Program-made: the position numbers and the translations under genes
NCBI GenBank assembly: GCA_001662655.1
Contig: KV460271.1
Direction: 5' to 3' (one strand)
Length of the DNA stretch: 64,000 nt
Source: Pseudogymnoascus verrucosus
Lineage: Eukaryota
Shown here: one piece after another, positions 48,681 to 60,492 of the stretch
Position numbering within the stretch: the first letter of the stretch is position 1
How the letters are laid out: every line of letters begins with the position of its first letter
The notes under the pieces: generated by a model
Databases searched by the model: none
Seen by the model: only the letters and a program-made list of their open reading frames with translations
What the model was told of the DNA's origin: nothing

Positions 48681-50803
48681 CTAGAACCAGAAGTTCCAGA
48701 CCTTCTTCCAGAAGGGCATCGCCTTGTACGCAGCGCGCTCGGCCTCCATCTCCTCGCCGAGGTTGAGCTCGCGGCGGCCGTGGTCGACGTCGACGGTGGA
48801 GAGGTTGACGCCGAACTTGAAGGTGCGGGTGTAGATCTTGTGGCCGACGAAGAAGAGGATGACGATGGGGCCGGCGAGGTAGCTCTTGAAGAAGCCCTCG
48901 GCGTCGAGGTTGGGTCCTCCGACGGGCTAGGGGGGTTTGTTAGTTTGAAGTCCTGACGCGGGGGAGTTGGGGCAGGAGAAGGGGAACTTACGTAGAGGGC
49001 AACGTAGAAGGAAGCGATGAGGCAGAGGACGTTGAGGAGGAATCCGATCCAGGATCCAGTAACACCGAACATGGCAGCGAAAGGCAGCTCGTCGAGCCCG
49101 CGACCCGCCAGCTTCCACGCGCGACGGTAGCAGATGTGAGCGAGGCAGATGGAGCCCCAGGTGAAGAAGGACGAGAGACCCGAAAGCGCGAGGAGCCAGT
49201 CGAAGACCTCACCGCCCTTGGGGGAGAGGCGGATGAAGGCGATGAAGCCGAAGGCGAGCGCGAAGATCATGGCGACCCACGGGCGGCCGTGCTTGTCGAC
49301 CTTGCTGAACCACTTGGGGGCCATGCCGTGCATGGCTAGGGCCTGGAGCGTGCGGGTGGAGCCGAAGGTACACGAGTTGGCGACGGAGATGACGGAGAGG
49401 GTGATGACGGCGTTCATGATGGAGGGGAGGACCTTGATATTGGCCTCCTGGAAGGCGCGGACGAAGGGGGAGTACTTGGAGTTAGCTCCGGATGCCTTGG
49501 ACAAAAGTGGGTCGTCAGACTTGATGATCAGGCCCAGGATGAAGAGCGAGACGACGTAGAAGAGGGAGACACGCCAGAAGACCTGCTTGGTGGCCTTGGG
49601 GAGGGTCTTGCGAGGGTTGTCGGCCTCGGCGGCAGCAAGACCGACAAGCTCAGTTCCAGCGAAAGCGAAGGCGGCGGTGACGAAGACGGAGCAGAAGCCC
49701 TTGAAGCCGTTCTTGAAGGCTTGCTGGGGTGCATGCCAGTATGCCGCGCCAATGTATCCTCTGTTTTATATATGTCAGTTCTGGGCTCTGGGAACCGAGC
49801 TGGGTGGGCGGATTTTTGGGAGACGTACCTGGTGTCAGTGGGAACACCACCGCAGTTGATGATGATACCTGCGAGGATGAAGCCGATGACAGCAATGACC
49901 TTGATCGTGCCGAGGACGAACTCGACTTCACCGTAGCCACGGATACCAAAGACGTTGACGAAGATGATGATGACGAGGAAGACAGCGATCCACACGCCGT
50001 CGCTGACAGTCGCGCTGTCGTCGTTATCGTTTCCGGTCCAGAAGCGGATGGTGATACTGGCGGCGATCAATTCGAAGGGGAAGACGACAAGCCACGACAT
50101 GGCGTAGTTCCAGCCCATGGCGAAACCCCAAGACGGGTCGATGAAGCGAGCAGAGTACGTGAAGAAAGCACCGTTGACGGGGTACCTATTAGAAGGAGTC
50201 AGCTCTGGTTTCATTTTCGGGCTAGGTTACGCTGCTAGAGCTATCGCCAGGTCGCGCTCATTGTGCAACGAGACCAAGCAGCCAGAGGATTGGCGGCTGA
50301 TCCCATTGACAAATCGAGTCGCCGAGGACGCAAGCTGGGAAGGGAAGGGAAGGAATGGGAGAGTACTCACATGACAGCAAGCTCACCCAGAGCATTGACG
50401 GTCATCAACATCATAACACCGACGATGATGAAATCGATAGTCTAGACACAGCGCACGTCAGCCTCGCCCCCAAACTCGCCGCGGTTCCCCCCCATCTGAG
50501 CTCCCACTGGGTGCGCAGAAGCTCAAATCGGGGCAGTCAGCCATCTATCTCACTTACCAGCGAACCGGGACCACCATTATACAGCGCACCACCAGATCCA
50601 ATAAACAGACCAGCACCAATGGAGCCACCAATAGCAATCATCTGCATATGCCTATTCTTCAGCTTCCTCAGCAACGGGTTCTGCCCCGGCTGAGCCTCGA
50701 CATCGTGCTCATTGGTCTCATAGCGACTGGGCGAGACATCGTCGGAGGAGCCGACTTTGTCCTTCTCGTAGACGGCGGCGCCGTCTTTGTCGTAGGCGGA
50801 CAT
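48681..50803 (-). CDS. Amino-acid permease (APC superfamily, yeast amino acid transporter family, Gap1-like), 5 exons
   Basis: Exons 50803-50558, 50441-50371, 50185-49829, 49760-48992, 48926-48681, all GT..AG and in frame. LKNRHMQMIAIGGSIGAGLFIGSG, ALGELAVMYP, GYGEVEF, AFAFAGTELVG, ends WNFWF. Confidence 0.93.
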
Positions 50804-51454
50804 GGTTGGATTGGGTGAGAGAGGGAGGGTGAGGAGTGAGGAGGGAGGAGGAGGTAAGTGGTGGTGGGGGGGGGGAAGGGGGTTCTTTATGTAGGAGTTG
50901 GGGATCTGCAATGCGGGTGCGTGCGTGAGGGGACCTGTGGTTGTCTGCGTGCTCGAGGGAGAGACCGACGACCAGACCAGACAAGACGAGACAGGATAGA
51001 CCCCAGACCCTGCCTGCTTCTGATTTGCGACTTGGGCTTGGCTTGGTCTGTCGATTGGGGTAAGGGAGGTAAGTCAAGGTTGGTGGTGTGTGCGTGCTGG
51101 ATGGATGGATGCACCCGTATGGTACTAACTGACTAGATTGATGGATGTATGGATGGGGGTGTACAAGTTCCTTTTCGCCTCTTTGCTTGTGCTTGGTCCT
51201 ATGGTTGTTGCGCGGCTGGGCGAGGAGAAAGTGTCAAGTGTCACGACGGTGGGGGGGAGGTACCGGTGCTGTAGGATTGGGTGGTGAAGGTACTTTTGTG
51301 GTGGGAATGTCGTCGGTGTGCTATCTCTCTCTCACTCATGGCTGCTCATGCTCATCTCATTGTGTCTTATTCCCCGTCTTGTCTCAGTTAGTCGCTCTTT
51401 CTTTGTTTGTTCTCTGTCCTGTCAGTTATCTCTTCTTCATCCTCTCTCATAGTA

Positions 51455-51480
<26 letters not shown>
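51455..51480. repeat. (CT)13 microsatellite
   Basis: Direct reading. Confidence 0.9.
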
Positions 51481-51486
<6 letters not shown>

Positions 51487-53907
51487 CTCTCATAACTCTC
51501 ACAAAATATAATACCTACATCCCCATCCCCCATCTCCAAACCACGCACCTCCCCTCCAAAACAATCCCCCATCCCCATGCATCTAGCCAAGTCCCCTAGC
51601 CAAGTCCCCCATCCACCATCCTCCTTCCCACCCCGTCCAACGCCCCCTCCCCACCTTCCCTGACTAGCGTCCCTGCTCTAGCGGCATCCGGGAAACCACC
51701 TATCAGCAACAGCGCCAATAACTGCCTCCCCGACCCTACGCCACTAGTCCCAGAACGGGTAAAACGAAAATGTGAGATCTATTCCCCTCTATTGCCCCCT
51801 ACCCCGATTCTGATGGACGGAGGGATTCTGGGACGGGTGTGGTTTTGGCACGGCGGTTGTACCTCTGGGTGTGGCGCGTAGATACGTGTGTGGTGGCGAG
51901 GAATACAGAGAAATACAGGTACTGGAAGAGAGGGACAGAGGAACAGAGGAACAGGTGCGAGTCGAGATCTGGGTAAGAGATGTCTGGTAAGGGGATCTGT
52001 GAACCCATTCCATCTCTGTACTTGCAACACAGTGTACGATTGTACAGCACAAACATGTATTTTTGGCGCCTCCAGTACACCACCACACACGGCACGACCC
52101 CATCTTCGGCACGACCGATGCGCCTGATGCGCCTGCAATCTGGGTTGTGTGGCAGGTTCCTACGGTAGCGAGAGATGGTAGTGTAGTGTAGTTCGCAGCT
52201 ATACCCCGACCCGTAGATATGCTACGGCGATGTAAGTACATACGATACTATCTGCATGGTGGCTGGCGGTATCTGCGTGGCGTGACATCCATGGCTGGGG
52301 GGTGCTAGTCAGGTTAGTTAGTTCGGGGTTGTTCTAGGTTCGAGATGGACGGGCAGAGGAAGGAATGGATTAGGAGGAGCACGAGATAAGGGAGGGGATG
52401 GATGGGTGGGGATGGGGGTGGGAGGTGGAGACGGGGGTGGATGTGGATGGGGAGATGGGAGATAGAGTAGGGGGAGGGTACTTGGGGGCGTGACTGCCGA
52501 TTGATTGATTGATTGCATTGATTGTATGCATTGTATTTGTAAAGTCTTTATCACGGACGGCACAATACAGTAAGAAATGGGGGCCATAATCTATGTATGT
52601 ACAGTATCTCCTCTATTCTACTCTCCTCTACCATACAAGCATACACCCATTAAACCCACCCCCCCTCGTGATCCCACCCCCAACTCCCTCAATCCTCCCC
52701 TCCAAACAACAAACGACGTAGCTCCGAACGGGTCGATGGATGCATCAGCGGGGGTGTGTGAGGTGTGTGGCGAGCAAGGGACAAGCAAGCAACCACCGCA
52801 CCAAACGAACGAACTAACGAACGAACGCGACGGGATAGGATTGGATTGGACGACGACAGGGGTGTGAGCGAACTGCCATGATTATGGTGCCCGTGTCAGT
52901 TAAGTGCCAGCCAAGGCCAAGCCAAGGCCAAGCTTTTTGTGGGCTGTCACGTTACACGCTTCCGTCATCCTTCTAGGCTGTGAAGCACATGTCAGAGGCA
53001 GGTGTACGGCTCGCGCTTGTTTGGCTGGATTGTTTGTTTGGCCAGCCTTGTATTGTGTTGTGCTGATGTGAGGTTATGCGCTGTATCGGTCGGGTTGTTT
53101 AATCCAATTACCATTACGATTGCAATTCCTTCGCGATTCCTCCTTGTAACTAACTATAATTACAATTCCCCTCTTGTACCACACCTTACCTCACATCACC
53201 TCAACCTCCCCCTCCCCTCCCACCAAATCCCTCATCCTCATCTCCCTATCTGCCCTCATCTCACCCAAAACCCCCATCCCCATCCACCACCACCCCTGCA
53301 CCACACTAACCCACAGTGGGGAAGCGGACGAGATATGAAAATGGATTGGGGGGCCCAGTTGAGATGAGGGCTGTGGCTGATTGGGATCAAAAAGGAGGAG
53401 TCGGGAGTTGCACACCCCTGCAAACCCAATCAGCAACCCCTACCCCCTCCCCCCACCCCACCAACTTCCCCACCAACACACAGCCATAAACCCAGTTCCC
53501 AGCCTCGAAGCAACCCTGGCACTGGCCGAATGAGGAAAGTGATAAGAGATTCAAGTTCTGCCACCAGCGCGCCAAGGAGACGCCGCTCTCTCTCCAAGAT
53601 GAGCGACGAGGCGCGCCTATTCGGTGTCGGAAATCACGAGTCTTGGGTGCTGTGATGGGATCCACTGGGATGAGATTAGGCACGACGATGCATACTGTGC
53701 TGGCTGGCTTGGAGGGAGGGAGAGGTACAAGTGCATAATACACCGCGTCTCTCACATCCAGCACAGACGAGTTGGAGATAGGCACCACGCACCACACAAC
53801 GGTACCATAGTGGACCCAGCAAGCGGGCCCCTGTCGTGATTACGGCCTGGAAATAGAGGGAAGGTAGGTAGGTGAGCTCCTACTCCTCCACCCAAGCCGC
53901 GCCGCAC

Positions 53908-54180
53908 GATAACTAACCCATCCATCCATCCCCTTCCTGCGACAAAAAAAGCGGGCTATCGCTGCGTCGGGTAGTCTTCGAGAAGGAAACCCCCTTCATG
54001 ATGCATGCACGCACGCGCACGCCTCGGCCAATCTGTCAGCCCGCGCGGCGTTGGCTATCAATCAAGATACAGGTGATAACTAGGTGGGTCGATCGGGGAT
54101 GGCTTGTGATAACCGCGGCGTATCTGTCTGGCTGGCGGTTCTGTTACTTGAAGAAAAAGCAAACACCGATAGACAGATAA
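53908..54180. promoter_or_regulatory. Cluster of GATA motifs (candidate AreA/NIT2 element) upstream of the permease
   Basis: GATA or TATC cores near 53908, 53957, 54056, 54066, 54075, 54108, 54121, 54168 and 54176. Confidence 0.4.
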
Positions 54181-57100
54181 CTGTATTATTGGAAAGAAGA
54201 AAGTGTAGTCAGGTCAGCACTTGAACAGTCAGCACACAAAAAACGGGCGTTGTCCCGACAGATTGCCGTACCCGTACCGGGCTGACGATGGCGAGGGCGA
54301 TCGGTGGTAGATTGCAGATTCGCGAGCGAGCGGGCGATTTGCTGGCTGCACTTGCACTATGCACTAATCTAGACCACTGGTTCTGATGTACTGTATATTG
54401 CGCGCAACGATGGTACGGTTGGACGGGTAGATGTGCATCCGTCATCATGCGCCGGGGGGGTTGAGCGTTGGGCGTTGAGCGTTGAACAAATCACGCACGT
54501 CACTTCTTCGGCTTGCTGCGGTCGAATGTGCGGAATGGGATAACTACAAACCACAGTACAAATGAAACTATAGTGAGTGTGTACTATAGCGCCAATGGCG
54601 ATGGGGCTACGTACTGGTATACCACCCCTCGAAAAGGAAGCAAATCGATAGACGCGGTGAGGCCGCATGGGGAAGCCTTCTGGTGGCCTTCTGTGCATGA
54701 TGTGATGACGGGGAGCGGGATGGGAGGCGTGTCGTCGATCTCCTGGGTGTGGTTTGGTACTACAGGAGGAGGGTTGGTACAGGATGGAATGTATGTACGT
54801 ACTGGACGGCATGGACGACTAGCACACCATACCATGATCTGGTATATCCCGCCTCCGCCTCCGCCTCCGCCTCCCCCCTCCCCCAGGTTTCGGAATCCCG
54901 CTTCCAAGCGCGGAGATGATACTCTATGCCATACTCTGGTATATCCACTATGCCTCCTATACAGTACGTACAAGTATTAAACAGTAACAGAGTGAATGTT
55001 GGGGAAAATGCGGAGATCTCAAGCTTACCTTCACAAAAATGAGGGGTAAAACGAAAATCAAGACTAATAATTACCTCATCCCCTCCCCACACCATCTCTC
55101 CTCATCTCCGATTCCAGTGCCACAACGTTGGCAAGGGCGCTCACGGTGCGCTGACATCCCCGTGCCTCTCCCCCATACTAGGCCACCCCCCCCCCCCAAA
55201 TCCATCCAACAGGAACACTCGGGATATCTGCTTACTGTACCCCTTTGATAGAGTATTCCTGTGTCACCTACCCGTCCCGTGGCGTTTCCCCAGACAAGAT
55301 CTTGCGTAAAAAAAACCCGCCGATTGTTGTGGGGAAAGGTTCCAGATGGCCCATCGGGCTCTCGCTCCCCTTCTCGTGGGAATACCTCCTTACGCAACGC
55401 GACGCGGGGGCGGGGGGATTCTGAAATATGCCCCTGACGCGCTGCTCCGTATAAACCTCGCATTCGCTTAGGATCTCTCGTTATAAAAGGGTGACACAGA
55501 AGTATAGAGGTGGGTTAAGGGGGAAAGCGGATTTCCCCGCGTTTTCCCCAGGGACTCTGTAACTGATACTGGAATGCTGGGGGTTAGCTCGTGGGGGGGG
55601 GATTAGAGTGTTGGCAACCAGGCGGGAGGGAGATGGGAGGTACTGGATGAGGAAGGAGGGTGTTCTATGAGCATTTCTCATAATAGCAGAAAGCCTCGTA
55701 TGAAAACCTCTTAACAGACGTGCGCGCTCCACTTCTAACACATCCAACGCATCTAACGCAACTAACGCATCCCTCCAAAAGAGGCGTACACATGCGCGAT
55801 ATTGCCCAAACAATGCGCCCCTGAGACCATAATCACTATCAGTTATCTTCATTCGACATTCTGGCAATCTTCCAAGAGTCTTGGAACTGTTCGCCAAGTC
55901 GTGCTTGAGTTGCCCATTTTTTGCTTCGAATCGCTCGACTTCGACTTCGGCGCATTTTTACGGGCTGGCGAATCGGGTTGACCGGTCTCTGAGGCGTCGC
56001 GATGTGACGGTGCGACGGGCGTGTGCGTTGTGGTGGTGCATCGGGACTTTCCATACCATACCATACCATCCAGCCTTGTCCGTTTGATAGTCAGGCAGGG
56101 AGGGAGGCGTACTCACAGTATCATCATGTACACATCGCCACCTCCCATCCATCCATCCATCCCGCCATCCCATCCAGGCAACCTTCTAGAACACTGCAAA
56201 GAACCCTTCACCCTCGCCATCACACCCCCCTCACAGCCTCACCACCCGCACCTCCGATCTCCCCGCCCAGACTCAGCCAGACACCGACATCCCGACACCA
56301 CACCACCCCCTACCCCCTGTCCCCCACCCAGCCAGCTCGTGTATCTCAACCACCCAATCGACAGCGGGTGGCTTTCCAAAGGCCCGATCAGCCCCTGCTA
56401 TATGCACAAGCGGCATCAGCACCCTTGACTGCTGATGCGCGTGTGCGTGAAACGCCCATGTACATACCCACCCAAGTCGTCGTTCGTGTTTCGTTCGTGT
56501 TGACGGGGGGGGGGTTGGTTTTGTGTCGCAGGGGGAGGTGTGTGCGGTGGTTCACACCTTCCTGTTTGGGCGGTCGTGATATTTGCGTGTGTATGTGCGT
56601 GTACCGAGGTAGGGGGATGTGGACGGATGGGTTGGGAGAGAGAGAGGACTGGACTGAGGAGTGTGTTTGGGGATACGTGCCCAGGGCTGGAGGGAGGGTG
56701 GTTAATCAATTTGGGCACGGTCTATAAGTAACATGATGTGAAAATTTGTGAGGGCTGCTTTCGGTCAGTGCGAGAAGTCGTCGTCGCGCCATTGTCGTTG
56801 TCGTCGTCGTCGGAAAAGGACTGAGCGATTCGGCAGATTTTTGAGGTGGGTGAGGGAATATGGGTTTGGTTTCTTCTTACGTACTTGACAAGTGGGAATG
56901 GAGTCAAACAAGCAAAAGGGAGGTGGAGAGCTGGAGACGGCGGATACTGCGGTTTCTCCACGTTCCCACAGTGGTCGGCGAAAAAGCTGGGGAAAGCAAG
57001 AAGAAGTGCCGTGCTGTCAGATCGTCGGGGGCTGTGTCACGTGATTATGGGGTTTTATATGATATCACGTGATATTTCTTTTTACTACGACTCCTCTACC

Positions 57101-57337
57101 AATGTTAATGATCATCTTTTCTTTCAACTAATCGTGGGTTGAAGCAAGGTGCGTTCGCGGAAGTAATGTACGTTTGCGAATACTAAATATTATAGGTATC
57201 TTTACATAGTAAATTATATGTAACATGACTGAAGGTAACAAGGTAACAAAAATATAGAAATGTAGTAGAATTATTTATATAAAAACATATATAAACTACC
57301 GTAAATGCTCTATTAGCATTCCTAAAACTTAACAGAT

Positions 57338-57359
57338 TATATATATATATATATATATA
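57338..57359. repeat. (TA)11 microsatellite inside an AT-rich island (about 57170-57490)
   Basis: Direct reading. Confidence 0.9.
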
Positions 57360-57883
57360 ATACTACTTATACTAGAGGAATTTAAAATTTATAGGATTAT
57401 AAAGTTGTTGATTTTTAAAAGGAATGTAAAATAATAGCTTATATTAAATGAAGAAGTTATGATTCAGTCACTTTACATGTAATCTAGTCTGTTTAACAAT
57501 GTGACGGCTAGGAGGTAGATGAAAAAGGTAGTTCCGGTGGGTGTGCTTTCCGCAGCTCTTCAATGCTCGTATACCCTAACTTGATTACATCACACCCTGA
57601 AATTTATGCCTGAGGTTCTAACGGGACTAGCTATGAGGTACCACATGGATGGTACGATCGAGAAGGTGATAGATTCTTAGGAATGCATAGTTAGTTCCTG
57701 GGGGTTATAATGTATTGCGCTAATTACTCGCTAGCATGACGGTAGAATGACGGAAGATGATACAGAAAACTGTTGATAAATAAGAGTGCAACGTACAATC
57801 CTAATTCGAAATACAGGCTTCATTCTAACCCAACCATAAGTTATCTCTTTTAAGAAAGTGTAGTGTTAACAAAAATTAGTATT

Positions 57884-58783
57884 ATGAAGTTTAAATCCGC
57901 CATTATAGCACTAGCGCTGGTCCTGCCTATGCAAACCAGAGCTGACACCTGCTCATCAGATGAGATTTCCAGAATGGATGTAGCGACAGGTTGCGATTGT
58001 GCCACCAGTTTCCCCGACACCAACTGTGGCGACTGTCCGCTCCAGCCCTGCGGATCGCCACAAAAGGTGATCACGCCTAAAGGCATGCTGAAGACGTGTA
58101 GCCACGGATGCGTCAACTCTAATGATGAATGTGATGCCTGCTTTCTGTGGTTCAAGAGCCTCTGCAATTGCATCAAACGTCTAGAGAACGGGGATAACAC
58201 GGATTGCATTTCGAGCGACGACCTTTCGCAGGGACCTCCCAACCACCCGATCTGGATGCTGCTTAATTCTAGAACCTTGATCACGACGACACAGCTCGTG
58301 CCTGGGATCTTAGAATTAGACCAGGTAAAAGATTCGGATGGAGGATTCCGGCTCGGACAGCAAGTGCTCCAGCAAAATCTCAAGTTTAGCAGAGTGTATG
58401 GAGCCCTGGCCTTGAACTCAGTCTATACCAGAAATGAGGAGCAGATTCACATCCACCTGTGTGATGTCCAGATGAGCAAGCTTCGTGACTTATTGTCCTC
58501 GTTGAAGCGAAGCGACTATAACACCCTCAGCTCCGTCACACTGCCCACCACCGATTTCAAACATGGCTCGGCCATGTCTTGTCGGATAGCATCGGCTCCA
58601 GGTACGATCATTGATGTGGCCCGTGATCTCAACCACTATCTACAATCCACTGTCGCCAAAGCTCCCCAGAGCTGTGATCAGTATTATGTGGGAGCCGGGG
58701 TTATCACCGACTGGTATGATCACTCCTGGGCATGTGTGACCACAGGCACCAGATCGGCGGAGGAGCTTTTCTGCCATACATAG
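57884..58783 (+). CDS. Secreted Cys-rich protein with a CDP-diacylglycerol pyrophosphatase (Cdh)-like HIT motif
   Basis: Intronless, 299 aa from ATG 57884. Signal peptide MKFKSAIIALALVLPMQTRA, Cys-dense N-terminal third, motif ALALNSVYTRNEEQIHIHLC. Confidence 0.8.
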   Translation: MKFKSAIIALALVLPMQTRADTCSSDEISRMDVATGCDCATSFPDTNCGDCPLQPCGSPQKVITPKGMLKTCSHGCVNSNDECDACFLWFKSLCNCIKRLENGDNTDCISSDDLSQGPPNHPIWMLLNSRTLITTTQLVPGILELDQVKDSDGGFRLGQQVLQQNLKFSRVYGALALNSVYTRNEEQIHIHLCDVQMSKLRDLLSSLKRSDYNTLSSVTLPTTDFKHGSAMSCRIASAPGTIIDVARDLNHYLQSTVAKAPQSCDQYYVGAGVITDWYDHSWACVTTGTRSAEELFCHT

Positions 58784-59478
58784 AAATGCATGGCCTACAA
58801 TGTGATGAGAAGGGAATTATCGAGAACGATTGTTAAGACACTGGGTATCTGGTTGGGGTGTAAACGAAAAGTTCGCCAATAGCTTAGTAATGGTCTGCCA
58901 GCTTGTTATTAATGCATATCAAATTGAGACTATAATCCGTACCCAAAACGCCGTGACATAATTTACTCTGTAAAATGTCGCGGATGCACTCTGCTTCCAC
59001 CCACGATTAGTAAGGATCAGATCATATCTTCAAATGATGCACCTCTGTTCTCTCGGGTCCTCTAATAAAAATAACCCTAGATGGGCTTCTCAGTTTATTG
59101 TGGGATTGCTCTCCTCCTTCCCACCTCCAACCCTACCCCCCCCTAAAAAATAGTAATAAAGCAAAAGAATAAACAAAAACACCCACCCAACTACTAATCC
59201 ACCGATCTCAAGGTTATCTTAGTTTAATAGTTCGATCAGTGTCATCCGGCCTAGTGGGTGAGCGTCGCCGCCTCAGGCTTTTAATGCCCTCACGATGATC
59301 CGGTTGTCCCCCTCAGTTCCATGATGGCGACCACCTCGACAAGTCGACATCCCAAAGGTGGGTCCTACATTTACAACGCGTTGCCCTCAATATTGTGATG
59401 GCGCAACTAGACGTTCTAAAGGTAGGTCTCATATTTACGACGTGTTATACCGCGACAGTGGATGCCTACGGTTGAGTT

Positions 59479-59532
59479 GGTGAGCAGGGTGAGCAAGGTG
59501 AGCAGGGTGAGCAAGGTGAGCAGTGTGAGCAA
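59479..59532. repeat. Six-copy 9-bp tandem repeat GGTGAGCA(G/A)
   Basis: ggtgagcag ggtgagcaa ggtgagcag ggtgagcaa ggtgagcag tgtgagcaa. Confidence 0.9.
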
Positions 59533-59968
59533 GATGGGTGAGGAGGGTGAGTATTGCTAAGCTAAGAAAATAGTAGTTATAAAGGTAGCTTCCCACTTTT
59601 GCATTTCTAAGTCCTCTATCTGCAACTTTACCTATTTTCTTTTAAGCTATCTACTATAATGACACGGAAGACCTATACCTCCAAGGAGCAGCTTGCTAAA
59701 GCCCAGGAGCGAGGCTATTCTCCATAGAGTACATCTAATCGACAGCCCTATATATGAGAAAGGAAAGTAGAACCAAGCAAATGAGGCAATTCAGAGCCGG
59801 GGAACAATGCCGACAAGTGGTTGACCAAAAAAGGCGAAGTAAACAAACCTGCGCACCTAGGATGTAATCGATGGACCTTCTGTCTTACCTTTGGCGTGCA
59901 TATTCTTGATAAATAGGTGTTTTCGATCACGATCTACTTTTGACAGGGCGTTCGTTCATAATACCCAT

Positions 59969-60330
59969 TTAGCTGCCGAGGTTCGTACTCTTCGCAAGGC
60001 AAATTAAGCACTTAGCAAGCGTCACAGAGCTAAAAATAAATGTATCCGTCAAGGAAGTGCATTTACTGTAGAGGATGCACACAATATTTTAGCTCAGGAG
60101 GACAAGCAGATTCAACACGACAGGCGCTCAAGAGGGGTTGGTCAAAATGATGGCCAATTCGCGCAGTCGATTGACTGCGCGACACTGTGGTACTTGCAGA
60201 AAGACTGGTCATGATGCGCGAACTTGTCAGGAGGTTATAGAAGAGTCTAGTTCATCAGATTCCGAGTAGTTTTAATAGATATTATGTGTTGTGGTAGTTT
60301 AATTGTATTTTGAAGTGGTGGGGTGGGGGA
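59969..60330 (+). mobile_element. Degenerate 3' fragment of a Fot1/pogo-type DNA transposon
   Basis: Translates as LAAEVRTLRKAN*ALSKRHRAKNKCIRQGSAFTVEDA...[frameshift]...RHCGTCRKTGHDARTCQEVIEESSSSDSE* (stop 60267-60269), the C-terminal CCHC-knuckle tail of fungal Fot1-like transposases; internal stop and frameshift. Confidence 0.8.
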
Positions 60331-60492
60331 AAAGCGACTCCGTGATATGCACGAAACATCACAGGTCTTAGAAGCAGATGGGAATGCACACGAAGGAACT
60401 AAAAAATATACTAATTATACAACATACAGCTAAGACTTGAGTATTATTAAGAGACATATTCTTCCCCACAGCTCTCTCTCTTCCACCCAATT

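Noticed and set aside
44425..50803. GGPP synthase as the core of a terpene or indole-diterpene cluster
   Set aside because: Neighbours are Cdc14 and a permease; no cyclase, P450 or prenyltransferase seen, so it looks like the primary-metabolism copy.
50858..57142. ORFs upstream of the permease, including the 234-aa ORF at 56023
   Set aside because: Same low-complexity character; no recognisable protein features.
59479..59532. CRISPR-like or telomeric array
   Set aside because: Contiguous 9-bp units without spacers, not TTAGGG, in a eukaryotic context with no cas genes.
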